Part shown: one piece after another, positions 49,951-62,192 of the stretch
Numbering within the stretch: the stretch's first letter is position 1
Layout of the letters: every line of letters begins with the position of its first letter
Assembly (NCBI GenBank): GCA_013239625.1
Contig: MU053652.1
Coordinates: forward strand, 3,895,902-3,959,901
Source of the DNA: Lama guanicoe
Lineage: Eukaryota
Length of the DNA stretch: 64,000 nt
Direction of reading: 5' to 3'
Position numbers and translations under genes: made by a program
Notes under the pieces: model-generated
What the model was told of the DNA's origin: nothing
The model's input: the letters and a program-made list of their open reading frames with translations, nothing else
The model's database searches: none

Positions 49951-50839
49951 AGAAGCAGGCAGTGGATTCTGCGCAGTGTCTGCTACACCAGAACCCCTGA
50001 CAGCCTGCGGCAGACACTGGGGTGCTCAGTGTCCCCAGCAGCCTGAGCCTGTGGGCACGATGGGGGCTCTGGGTATTCTTCCCAGCTGTGAGCAGCAGCC
50101 TCTGGGCTCCTCAGAGAGTGGCCCTAGCAGTGTGGGGGTGGGGAGGGGGTGCTAGGAGATGGAGTGAGGAAAATGAGTGACATCTATCACAGGAAGCCCC
50201 CTGCCAAAAATGCTCCACCGGCTGGACCACTACATCAGCAGCGGCTGCAAATCAGCCAAGCATGAGATGAAGGGCCCAGGGAGCCGCAGGGCTTCTGTTG
50301 CAGGTGCCCTGGGAGCCCCACATCCAGCTAAGGCAATAGAAAGTGGGGGTGTGGGGAGGAAGCTGCCACTGGAGGGGCACCCCCAGGCTAGGTCCCAAAT
50401 CTCTGTCTTCCCCATGCTGAAATCTATCATTCTGCCGACGTGCCCTTCCAGCAGTATCTGAGCCAGCTGTGTGGGGCTCGCGCTAAGGACACGTGCGTGT
50501 GCTGCTAACCAGATGGGCAGCATTATCTTGAAATAGTTGGTATGAAAAAGTTTGATGTGTTTGAAATCCTTTGCCTTATCACAGGAAATTTCCATAAGAG
50601 CTGTTAAACTCTTTAAAGATAATTTTAACTGCTGTAAAACTTTGAAGGGTAGTAAAAACATTTTTAAAATTTTAATCTGTAACTTGGGCAAAATTTCTCA
50701 TTGATGGTGACGACTAAGAACTCGAATAGATCATTATTGAAAAATCTTCACTGGCATTATTTAACGCCACTGCAGACATATAAAGAGGAATGTTTAAAAG
50801 AGTTGTGCTCCTGCTTTATTCACCATCCTCATGACAGGG

Positions 50840-51065
50840 CAGTGCTGCGATCAGGCAGCCATGGGCCACATGGGGCCACTGCACACTTGGACTGTGGCTG
50901 GTTCAAACGGAGAGATGCAGTAAGTGAAAATATACACCAGATTTCGAAGACCTAGTAAGAAAACAAGAATGTAAAATGTGTCTCATTAATAATTTTTATA
51001 TTGATGACATGTTGAAATCATAATATGGTGGCTCTATTACGTTAAAATATGTTATAGAAATTGTT
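50840..51065 (+). mobile_element. MER33-like hAT-Charlie MITE
   Basis: GTAAGTGAAAATATACACCAGATTTCGAAGACCTAGTA...CTCATTAATAATTTTTATATTGAT. Confidence 0.8.
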
Positions 51066-52424
51066 TTAAATTTATGTTCATGGAAGCAAGCTCAAGTTTC
51101 TCATTAAAAGTTTGAAAATATTTTATTTGGAAAATTTTACACAAATTCAGTATTTCATATGTTCTCCGATTACTTTACATTTTATTTTTATAATTCTTTA
51201 ATGTAAAGGAAATGTCATTATTTTTTCCATCAAGCCCCATGCAGATGTCCCCAAATCCCCTCCAGTTTACTTGAGCATGTCCTAAAAAGTTGGATGCTTC
51301 CAATGAGCGTGATGACATGAAATAATTTTAAAGAAGGTATTTTTGAGCATCTTTAGGGTTTGGAAAAGGCATTTTTTAGCATCTTGCCATGCCTGGAACT
51401 GTGCTGGATTCTGGGGATACATAGAGCTGTACTTATGGTATATTGTATAGTATCACAGCCACAATGATTCAAGGGAAATCTCTGTTATGCCTCTAAGGAA
51501 AGAACACCCTGCAAGGAGCTACCCAGTAACCTACTCTGCTGGCTGCAGAATCCGTGGGGATCTTAGTGAGACCTGGACCAGCCACAGAACAGTGGCTCAA
51601 GAGGCCTCAGTCTAAACAGAGTGACAAGGAAAGATGAGGCCCTTTGCTTTATTGAGCTTTATCTTTAAGCAGAGCCCTTGGCCCGGCTCTGTTTTGCACG
51701 TTTCCAGGACATGAGGCTTTCTCTCCCTTCTCCTGTAAACTCCAGAAGCCCTGGCTCAGCTGCCAAGCAACTGTGTGAGGGTTTCCTATAATCCACATGC
51801 CTGAGGCAAGGCGTGTCCAGAAGTCAGAGGCCAGACTACCCGGGTGATTGTAAACTTGGTTATTTTTTGCACGTGTGGCTTTGGCAAACCGTTTAGTCCT
51901 CATTACAGGCCAGCCGCATGCCAGGGCTGACTGCTTCCTGCCTCGCCCCCCGGGGGGAACCCTGCACTCTCCATCAGCAGCCTCCGCAGTGCGGTCGCCC
52001 CCTGTGTGTCCTCACTTGTGGAAGTCGAGATGCTGGCATTTTCTCAGCTCTTCTGAGGACAAGCCCACGAGACAGTCCATTTCGAAAACCATCAGGGAGC
52101 TCGGAAGATGATGGAACTTAGTGTTAGGTCCCAGACTTCAGGGTCACTTCCCAGAAATGCAGAGAAGGAATGTGGTGTCCGTTCAGATGAATATTGCTTT
52201 CTCAAATTCTGTGTGGCCTTGTGGTCGCTCTGTGATGTAACTGTCATACTTTCTCCATCTTTGCCCCCAAAGATCTATATTCTTGTGCCTAAAGCAATTG
52301 ATATACAAGTGTAGGTGGTACTTATCATAAAAACTATGTATATGTAAGGATGTGCATGGAGGGAGCGTACTTAGTTATAAGAAGTGTTGTATTGAGGTTG
52401 TTGTAATAATTAAGTAAATCACAG

Positions 52425-52690
52425 TAATAATGAGTAACCATTTACTGTACACTTTACTCTGTATTAGGTACTAGACTAAGTGTTTTATATGCATTATTTC
52501 ATTTTTTTAGATTGCTTAAAATAAGCCAACAGAAGAGGACTACTGTCATCACCATTTTCATTTTAGAGATGAGAAAACTGGGGCGTAGAGACATTGAGCC
52601 ACTGGCCAAAGACCCAGGCACTTGGTTAGTGGCAGAGGTGGGATTTGAACCTAAGACTGTTAGGTCCTACGACCAACTGTTAACCACTTG
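52425..52690 (-). mobile_element. MIR SINE
   Basis: CATTTTAGAGATGAGAAAACTGGGGC...GTGGCAGAGGTGGGATTTGAACCTAAG. Confidence 0.85.
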
Positions 52691-52749
52691 GTTACCAGAC
52701 AACCGACTCTCACACAACCATAATAAATTTTCATAGCCATGCACACCCT

Positions 52750-53540
52750 ATTGGTGAGGCTATGATGGTTAGAACCTTCTAAAAAGAAAGCAATTTTGCA
52801 GCATCTATCCCAATATTAAAATGTACATACCACTTGTCACACAATTCCGTCTCTATGACACCATCCAAGAGAAACTGCATATACATAAAAACAGTTGTAT
52901 GAGTGATTGGGAACATCATAAATGTTCATTAACAGGGGAATGGCCAGGTAAATTTTGGCACATCTGTAGATGAATTATGCGGCAGCTTTCTTTAAATGCA
53001 GTGGATCTCTATGTACCGGTAAGGAAATGTCTCCAAGATATGATGCGATGTGAAAAAGCTAGTTGTAGGACCATTTTTAAGAAACTGTTTTGTGTGAGTA
53101 TAGAGAAAAGTCCGCAAGGATAAAAACTAAACAGTTAAAAGTGGTTTACCTCTGAGGCATGGGGGGACAAGGAGGAGGAAAGAACATTCTAGTTTTTCCT
53201 TTATATATTTCTGAATGGTTTTAACTCTACTGTGAGTGTGTTACCTTTATAATTAAAAAAACTAATATGGAAAAAAATTTAATGTTCTCAACCAATTTTT
53301 AATGATATGTGAAAATATTGTAACAAGTGAAAAAAATTAGAGCATGAAATTATGTACACCATATGATCTCAGCTACAGAAAAATGCGTTTAAAATCCAGG
53401 AAGGAAATATATCAAAATGTTAACAGGGACTGCCTCTGGGTGGCAGGCTTAGAGGTGGGGTGGGATTTTTTTTTTTTTTGCTTTTACTTTTCTATACTTT
53501 CTAAATGTGCCTTATTATTTTTATAATTAGAATAAAAATT
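52750..53540 (+). mobile_element. L1ME-like 3' fragments
   Basis: AATTTTGCAGCATCTATC; TAAATGTTCATTAACAGGGGAATGG; CAAAATGTTAACAGGGACTGCCTCTGGGTGG. Confidence 0.7.
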
Positions 53541-54259
53541 CAGCGGGTCTGCCAAAGGTGCAGGGCACATTGTAAAACACAAGCAGCTGCTACCCTCGCT
53601 GGGTGGCGTGACAACCCAAAATTCCTGAAAACTTCCTAATTGCAAGGGGACAGATGAGAAGAAAAGAGGGTTTTTCTCCATTTTGCTTTCATGATTCAAT
53701 TGCAAGAGGGAAAAGGAAATACTGAAGGAAGGTAAGTCTCCAGCAGAGAGGGTTAGACTTTGAAATAGGGCCAGAATGGGGCTCAGAAGATGAAAGCACT
53801 GGGTCCCCAAGAGTGGGTTTTGGATCCCGGAGATCAGTGATGGGCTCTCTGGGGAACTGGGGGAGCGCTGTGGCTTTAATGGTTTCTGCATTCAACAGCT
53901 GAGGGACTGGGCACTGCGGCTGGTGGAGGGAAGGCAGGCACCCAACTGAAGGGGCTTGTGTGGTTCCCAGAGCCAGGACACTGTGCAGAGGGCAGGGTCA
54001 CAGTAGCGGTGGCTGTGGGGAAAGCAGCTCTGTTCCTTGACCAATATGGCTCAGTGGATTCAACACTTCTTGAATTACGGCTGTGGGACTGCCTGGGATA
54101 CCTCCCAGAGCTCAGAGCAATCATAATGGCTACCCCTAGGATTCTGGGGAAGAGGACATCTCTTTCTAGAAATGGTCGTTCTCCTTGTGGTAAAGAGCGC
54201 TTGGTTTATGTGCCCATTCTAGGCCTGTATCATCGGATGTCTTTCTTGCTCTTCTCCTG

Positions 54260-54703
54260 CTCTGCTCTATAAATCAGAAAGGCTGCTCCCTGAAGGCTGT
54301 GTTTCCAGGACTCCTGTGTCAGCTGAATTCTGGCTGCATTCAGCGGATGGGAGACACTGTCATGAGACTGCAAGACAGGAAGCAAGGAAGAGTTGAGGTA
54401 TTTCTCCTCCTCCCTCTCTGCCTCCAGTGATGTCTCTGGCAGCACATGTTTTCTCCATGACACCAGCTTCCACTGGATAATCCTGGGTGCCAGTTCCCCC
54501 ACGTCCTCCCTGTCCCCTTCAGCACAGAGGCGGAGGTGACTTCCTGTTGTTGCTCGCCGCTGGCTTGTTTGAATTCACATCCCTTATTTAGCTTCACAAC
54601 TCTTCTGTCACACGTGTAATCAAACCCCCGCTGTTAAAGTACTCTCTCTGAAAGTACTTGAAAGTGGTTTTCCTGTGGTCCTCCTTAGGTCCTGAACTAA
54701 TAC
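54260..54703 (+). mobile_element. ERVL LTR (LTR33-like)
   Basis: TTTCCAGGACTCCTGTGTCAGCTG...CAGCGGATGGGAGACACTG...GAAAGTGGTTTTCCTG...CTGAACTAATAC. Confidence 0.7.
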
Positions 54704-54816
54704 TTTCTTGGTCGAGGTTTGTTCCTGTAAAGAGAATTCCAAGCTGGGAATATTAAAGAAGACTTAACTCCTTGCCATTGGCTTACCCTCTCCCTTACCA
54801 TGTCCCCAGGGGTGCC

Positions 54817-54980
54817 CAGGGCTTCTCAGCCTTCACTTTACAAACATATAACCCAGGATCTTATTAAAATGTAGATCTGAATTCAGTAGGTGTGAGGTAG
54901 GGCCTGAGAATCTGTATTTCTAACAAGCTCCCAAGCGACGCCAGTACCGCCGGTGCGGACCTGACTGAGCGGCAAGGCAC
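54817..54980. mobile_element. MER5A-like MITE
   Basis: GGATCTTATTAAAATGTAGATCTGAATTCAGTAGG...GGGCCTGAGAATCTGTATTTCTAACAAGCTCCCA. Confidence 0.85.
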
Positions 54981-57689
54981 AGAAGCATGGAGAACCTTTC
55001 ACAGCTCAGCGACCAGTGTCCTCTGTAGCACTAACACTAAGAGGCATAACACTTGCTGAACGTCTGTGACTCTTAGAGGCAACATAATTCCACATTTGAA
55101 TGTACTGTTCTGACACATTTATTGAGTGGGGGACAGAAGGTGGAAGTCAGCTACCTGGTGGCAGGTTGACTACATTCCTGTAGCTGCAAGTGTCTGACTC
55201 CTTCATTAGGACATCTAGAGTTGTTGTGCCTGAGCATTTACTTACCGAAATATATTTTATTTTTAATAAAATATTTATTTCCCCTTTTAATTATACAGTT
55301 AGGAATATATAAGTATATTCTTTAGAATTATGAGTATAAATTAGGATAATTTACCTCCGAATTTCACTTTCAGGGTAGTAAAGGAGACGGTACAAAATAT
55401 TTGTTTTACAAACAGGCCTTGGGGTGGAAGGAGGTGGAGGCCACTGTGTTAGAATATCTAATACAGGATGGAGAGGATGGAGGGCACCACACGGAAATCC
55501 TAGCCCAGAAGTGGAAGTGGGCACGGATAGGGGGGCAGGGCATTGCACACACTCTTGATTATACAAAGGATAGTGTCACCATGTCTGTGACAGCATTTTC
55601 CCTTTTGAAGTATAATGGGGAGAATTACTTATGTTGCTGCCAAGCAGCCAGAGACGTGGGCTCTGGTGGGCATCTGTCATTCCTCTCAGCTGCCTGGCTC
55701 CTGAACACCCTCCCTCTGGCTTGGGGGATTCCTCGTCCTGTGGGTCTCAGAGCCTGCCTCCCATATAGAAGAAGCAAGTTCAGACACTCACTCTCCCAGG
55801 CCCCTCTGCAGGAGGATTGGACTCTGTCCTAGGCACACACGGAGCAGATGCACCTGCCCAAAAAAGGGAAGAAACTCACATTTCTCCTCTTCTGGGGCAG
55901 GGCTCCTCCCACACCTCCCTGAGGTTCTGGTCCAGCCACCTCAACTGTGGGTGGTCCCAACTTTTCAGTCATTCTTGCTACAAATACCTTGTGTTATTTG
56001 CTTACTCTAATTGGTCAATGTCTTCTGTCACATTCTGATTCTTAATTTTCATCCCAGAAAGTAACTCTAATTTCATTTGACGGGTATTTTGCCAACTCCA
56101 CCATGTTCCTTCATGTAGAGCGCGATGTAGGGGAGGACATGGCCCATCAGCCTGGCACAGAAGGGCAGGGAGGCTGTTGTGCCCAGAGCCTTCTTGTCAA
56201 CACAGTTCATCTAAATACCACACGGATTGTCTTCAGAGTCCTCAAGGTCAAGTCTCCACCCTCCTAGTTACCTGGGCTCAAAATCAACAATCATATTATT
56301 GACACCACCTTCCTGTCTGCATCTCAAACCATCCCTAAACTCTGATGGTGCAAGGAGCCTTTGGTGACTCACAGATTACATAATTAATGGAGCAACTCTG
56401 AAGTCTGTGACCTCCAGTCATTCAAAATGGGATCACCAACCACCACGTAGGGGTGCTGTCAGTAGTCCCCAAGAAGGTGTTGCAAAGCCCCAGCAGGACA
56501 TAGCATTTAGTACATGAGACAGACAGCCTGTAGCTCCCTCAGCCCAGGAGGCAATGCCCCTAAGACCAGGGATTCCAGTAAATCTGCAAAGCAACCCCCT
56601 TACATGACAAAGACCCACCTCCTTCCCATTCCCCCGGTCCAGTTCAGGTGCCCAGCCCCACCTGGGCTCTGGCAGCCCCTCCTCCCTTTCCTCCCATCCC
56701 AGTGCACATGGCATCCACCATGCAGTTCCTCACACACACATCCTGACCATACTCTTTTCAGACGGTTGAGAGGGAGCCTCAGCCTGCAGGATCCAGACTG
56801 AGGCCCTGAGCCTAGCTCTACAAGCCCTCACTGGGTTTTGGCCTCTTCTCCAGCCTCCTCTTCCATCCAGTGTTTCCCTCCCCACGGCCTCTCCTGCTCC
56901 AGCCAAATTCGTCTGTGTGGTGACTCTGTGATTGAAAAACCAGCCTGTGTCACAGGCTCTGTCAATCTGGTTAGTGTTGCCATTGCCCTGTGTCCTGATG
57001 TCGCTTCTCTTACTAACATTCCAAACTATAAATGGTCAACCAAGGAAAATAAAAAAAAAATGCTGAAAACTGGGCTGATGATTCAAGCTTCATAAATTAA
57101 TTGTACAGCAGACAGAAAGAGGGACCTGCTGGTGCCTGAGTGTCCCTGGATGGAAAGGCTGCCTTCTCATCCCACCAAGGCCCAGAGAGCTTGGATGTTG
57201 GTGGGTAATGGGAGCAGCGGAGCCCCCACGTTCCTGGTCAAGTTCCCCTGCCAAGGCACCCATCCCCTCCACCCCCAAGCCTGCCAAATACACAAGATGC
57301 AGGAGATGCAACTGTGCACAAAAGAGTTTTTACACCCTGTGGCTGGAAAACATTCTAGAGGCAAATGTGTTCTACCCAGAGCTTTGGTAGATTGGGCAGG
57401 AGCTGACGTGAGAGAAAAGGAAATAGAGGAAACGAGGTCCAAGTCGTGCCCTGATCAGGTCCTGGGCCTGGCCTCTCCCTGAACCCAGAGCTGGCCTTTG
57501 GGCTTTAGGGGAGGAGGCAGGAGAGGCCAGAACCAGAAAGGAGAAGAGGAGCTCTAATGCCAGAGGAAAGCAGGGAGCGAGAGGCCCAGCCCAGGAGGAC
57601 GAACTTCTGCGAGTGGAAGAGGGAGGCCTTTGATGACAGTGCCCACCCAGGCCCCTCCTCTTTCCTCTTTCCTGTGTTTTAAAATAAAC

Positions 57690-58190
57690 CCAAGAGGTTG
57701 TTTTTATCCGGGTATGAGGAGGCCAACAGATCCCCACAGTTCCCAAGAGGAGGGGCACCCCACGCCACGCAGGGTCTCGCCGGGAGGTACCAGGGCCATC
57801 AGGAGTGGGAAGTGAGGGGCAAGCCTGGGCCAGAGAGTTTTTATTGTGGTTTTTGTGGGAAGAAGCAGGCAAGGCAGGGTGGGCCAGTGGGCAGGCTTAG
57901 AATGGGATGGTTGGGATAACTTAGGTGGGCTCCAGCTCTAGGGGTGGCCCCTAGATGTCTGGTCCCTGGCCCTGGGGTGACTTGGGTAGAGGCAGTGTCC
58001 CTGACTGCAGGAACCTGATCAAGGGAGGGGCATGGGGGGACTGGGTGGTTTCCATATCAAAGATGTGCTCCTGGGGAAGCTGTTTGCTATTTCTAGAAAG
58101 TAGCTAACCTCAGGAGTGGCAGTCCCTGCCCAGGCCTACAGGGCCCCAAGATGTCAAAACATCATAAAATGCAGAATGTAAAAAAGCAGA
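57690..58190 (-). mobile_element. ERVL-type LTR remnant (MER73/74-like)
   Basis: TTTATTGTGGTTTTTGTGGGAAGAAGCAGGCAAGGCAGGGT...TGTCTGGTCCCTGGCCCTGGGGTGA; subfamily from recall only. Confidence 0.55.
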
Positions 58191-58382
58191 ATGTCAGAAT
58201 GTGCCAGAGCATCTGTGAGTCTTTGCGGGGCTGTGAACTTGCCAGTTCCCTACCCAGTGAGGTAGGGCACAAGAGCCAGATTAGGGATGGAAAGTAGGAT
58301 GCGCCCAGGTTCTGTCAACCACCCCACTCAGCCCGCAGGCCGCAGGTCGGGGAAACTTGCACTCTCCCCTTTTCTAGAGGAT

Positions 58383-58500
58383 GCAGTAGAGGGTGAACAA
58401 GAGCTTTGGGGTCAGACAGACCTGGCTTGAATTTCACCTTGTCGTTGTCGGTTACTGCTGTGTGACCATGGTTAAGTTACTTCACCCCTCTGAGCCTCAG
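58383..58500 (+). mobile_element. MIR SINE
   Basis: CTTTGGGGTCAGACAGACCTGGCTTGAAT...TGTGTGACCATGGTTAAGTTACTTCACCCCTCTGAGCCTCAG. Confidence 0.85.
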
Positions 58501-59149
58501 AGAATCCGCTTACAGAAGCTTCTCTACTTCGGCTTCTTGCTCTGAGTGTTATGCAACTCCTGCCTCAGAGACCCCTCCAGCTACAAAATGCAGATTTCCT
58601 GGCTCCACCCAGCCCTCCTTGGGGCCAGTGCCTGAGCAACACTCAGTACTAAGTAGAGAGACAAGACAGAGCCAGACCAGGAGAAGGGGCTGTGCCCAGG
58701 AGACAGTTCAGGTAGTGGGGCTGGGGTGGGGTGGGGAGGCGCTACTGTGGAGGAGTAAGCTTGGACTTCAGACCTCAGGGCATCCCTGCTTTCTGAAATG
58801 CCTGACTCATCCTACCCAGGCCTTCTGGAAGAAAGTGAAGTGAAATTATACCCTCCCACACTCCTTTAAAAATGTATACTCTAAATTCCAGTTGTCGTAG
58901 TAACATCTTCGTGCTGCCCTTCGTGTCTTTTATATACTCTGGTGCTGATGGACCATCAGTTACCATGAGAACAGGAGTGGTTTCAAACAGAGCAAATCTT
59001 GTGGTGCTTATCTGTGTGTCTTGTGAGAAACAAAACCTACATCCACAGGGACAGCCTCAATAGAGCTTTGATAGTTCACCAATGGAACGATGCAGTCTTC
59101 TGTCAGTGGAACCTAGAAACCACTAGAGGTTCATTTTATCTGTTTTCTG

Positions 59150-59257
59150 AATTTTATTTTGAAGAAAAGGGTTTTTTTGGGGGGGAGGGTGGTAATTAGA
59201 TTTTTTTTTAAATATCCATGTTAAGCATGTGCTCTACCACTGAGCTATACCCTCCTC
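59150..59257 (-). mobile_element. tRNA-Ala-derived SINE (Vic-1-like) with the B-box region deleted
   Basis: Tail GGGGAGGGTGGTAATTAG is joined directly to CATGTTAAGCATGTGCTCTACCACTGAGCTATACCCTCC. Confidence 0.85.
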
Positions 59258-59919
59258 ACTTTGTTTTTGGTTTTCTTATTTTAAGATTCAGCTGCCCTGT
59301 TAATTATCATTCTTAAATGAGTAGATTAGTTTTAAATGCCTATGCCACACTCAGCCTTGAAGACAAATTTGTCACTCCCCCCACACAGATGTAACCATTC
59401 CCTGAGCCATGCTTTGATCTACTCCCCCAGCCCGACCCAGCGATGCACCAGCTACCAGGCAGTACTAACTGACCAGGCGTTCCCTGCTATTTCAGACCCA
59501 AGGTTTGTGCATTTAGTCTTCCTCTCATAGCTGAATGTTTGGAAAATGTAAGCCCTGTGAGTTCAAGGACATAACACATGAATCTTCAGAACTTTCTGCA
59601 TAGTCCTATTTGTTAATTGATTTGACTTTAAGCTTTCCATTCTGATGTACAGAATTAAGTTTCAGCTGAGAATTTTAAGTAATTTCCGAGAATTTGTGTG
59701 TGGGAACAAACTCGAAGGTAGGAAGAAACCAACCTCACAGTCTGAACAGCAGGCTGTGTCAGTGACACATACTTTAACTAGTCTTATTGATAGAGCTGAC
59801 ATGGATCGTGTGCTTATCCCATGCTAAGCACATGGCTACACACACGACATGTTCTTATCACATTTAATCCTCACGATACCCTATGGTAAGTTCTGTTTTT
59901 AATCTTTCATTATTTTAAT

Positions 59920-60870
59920 TATTCTGGGTTTTTTTATGTATTTATTTTACCATATCATATATTTTAAATTGAAGTATAGTTGATGTACAATATTATATGT
60001 TACAGGTATACAATATAGTGAGTCACAATTTTTAAAGGTTATTCTCCATTTATAGTTAGTATAAAACATTGGCTGTATTCCCCATGTTGTACAATATACA
60101 TCTTTGTAGCTTATTTTATACCTGATAATTTGTACTTCTTAATCCTCCACCTCCATCTTGCCCCTCCCCTTCCCCTCTCCCCACTGGTAACCAGTAATTC
60201 CTTCCCTACATCTGTGAGTCTGTTTCTTTTCTGTTGTATGAGCACTAGTTTATTTTTTTAGATTCCACATGGAAGTGATATCTTACAGTATTTGTCTTTC
60301 TCTGTCTGACTTATTTCACTTAGCATAATGCCCTCTAAGTCATCCATGCTGGACACCAGAAACGAATACAACGTTTTAAATCAACTGTACTTCAATTAAA
60401 AAGCAAGCAACCAACCAACCCACCCATTTAAAATATGGGCAGAAGAACTGAACAGATATTTTTCCAAAAGAGGAAATGCAGATGGCCAACAGGAACATGA
60501 AAAGTTGCTCAACATCACTAGTATCAGGGAAATGCAAATCAAAATCACAGTGAGATATCACCCCACACTTGTCAGAATGGCCATCATCAAAAAGAATGCA
60601 AATAACAAATGTTGGCAAGGATGTGGAGAGAAGGGAACCCTTAAACATGTTGGTGGGAATGTAAATTGGTGCAGTCACTATGGAAAGCAATATGGAGGTT
60701 TCTCAAAAACCTAAAAATAGAACCACCATATGGCCCAGCAATTCCACTCCTGGGCATATACCTGAAAAAAAACAAAAACATTAGTTCAAAAAGATATATA
60801 CACTCTGCTATTAACAGCAACATTATTTATAATTGCCAAGATGTGGAAGCATCCTTAGTGCACATTGATA
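59920..60870 (-). mobile_element. 5'-inverted L1 (3' arm minus ~59920-60350; inverted arm plus 60421-60870) with a short L1 tail at the junction
   Basis: Minus-strand 3'UTR TGAAGTATAGTTGATGTACAATATT; plus-strand ORF2 peptide IREMQIKITVRYHPTLVRMAIIKKNANNKCWQGCGEKG. Confidence 0.85.
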
Positions 60871-60879
60871 ATTCTGTTT

Positions 60880-61047
60880 TGTTTAGTTTTTAAGATTTTT
60901 GGTAATTTCTTTTTTTTTTCTTCTTTTTTCAGGCAGGGGTGGTAATTAGGTTTTTCTTACTTTATTTTTCAGTAGAAGTACTGGGGATTGAACCCAGGAC
61001 CTCATGCATGTTAAGCAAGCACTCTACCACTGAGCTATACCCTCCCC
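60880..61047 (-). mobile_element. tRNA-Ala-derived SINE (Vic-1-like)
   Basis: GTACTGGGGATTGAACCCAGGACCTCATGCATGTTAAGCAAGCACTCTACCACTGAGCTATACCCTCCCC. Confidence 0.93.
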
Positions 61048-61469
61048 TCTTAATCATTCTTCTGAATGAGAAAGCACCGCCACAGATATTAGACAACTTG
61101 ACCCAAGCCATAAACTAACTATCCAGTGGAGCTGGGATTTGATTATGAGTGCCTTGCTTCACAACCCATGCACTTGGCCACCAAGCCACGTAAACCTACA
61201 CACTACAAAGACATCCCTGAGCCAAGGCCAGTTGGATGGGTTTTGTACATCTGATCTGTGCAAACGCAGCAGCAGACCGCAGCATGGGGACCCCATTGAC
61301 ACTGATCATTCCCTGAGTTCCGTCTTTCTGTGTTACCGCTTTGCCTCTCCTTCTCTGGCAGAAGCAAATGAGGCTCAGCTACGAGTGTGACAATCATTGT
61401 CCTGTGAAACAATTCCTGGTGCTCTGGGATACAAGGTGGCCCCTAAACAAACAAGAGGCTCTGTAGAGG

Positions 61470-62150
61470 GATTTCAATTTTTGACCCAGTACTCCCACTC
61501 CTGGGAATTTATTCTAAGAAAATTATTCAAAACTAATCAATATACAAAAAAGGCATTCATTCAGCATTATGCATCATGTCAAAAACTAGAAGCAATATAA
61601 ATGTCCCTCTATAATGGATCTTTCGGTAAATTATAGTACATCAACTAAATGGAATACCACTTGCCATTAACAGACAGCTGTGAAGATGATGAATCCACCA
61701 GTTACAATGTTTAGAATTCTACAAACATATTCAGTTCAGCTTCTGAAAATTACCCTAAGATTATGACAATGTTTTTTTAAATGTTTATGGTAAGTAAAAG
61801 CAGAATATAAAATATGTTTGTGCTATTATATTAATAGATGTATAAATAACAAATTGACTACATTTGCAAAGGGCCTGGAAAGACAGGAAAAAATATGCAA
61901 AAATAATAGGGGTCCTAATAAAAAAATGTAAAAAAAAAATAATAATCGGGGTCCAGCCTGATTCATCTTGGTATCCCCAATGTCTAGCCAGTCACTAACA
62001 CGTATGAGGTAGTCAATCAGTATTTTTGGATAAATTCTAAAATATGAAAAAAATTTGCTTTATCAATATGGGAGAATGTAGGTTATTAATTTTTCTTCCT
62101 TAATAATTAATTTAATGCTGTTATAAGAATGTTAATATAATTTTTAAAAG
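61470..62150 (+). mobile_element. L1ME-like fragments with a short L2 piece (~61960-62035)
   Basis: TTTGACCCAGTACTCCCACTCCTGGGAATTTATTCTAAG; GGTAAATTATAGTACATC. Confidence 0.65.
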
Positions 62151-62192
62151 ACAGGGGTTCTTAAGTGTCTTCTGGATTTGGGGGTTGAGCAG

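Noticed and set aside
49204..58000. Several 100-166 aa ORFs in the GC-richer right part
   Set aside because: No recognisable protein similarity; many start at non-ATG codons or overlap LTR/MIR remnants, and no coherent exon chain emerges.
7305..61047. tRNA-Ala genes
   Set aside because: All carry SINE tails, most have TSDs and many have decay mutations; they are SINE heads.
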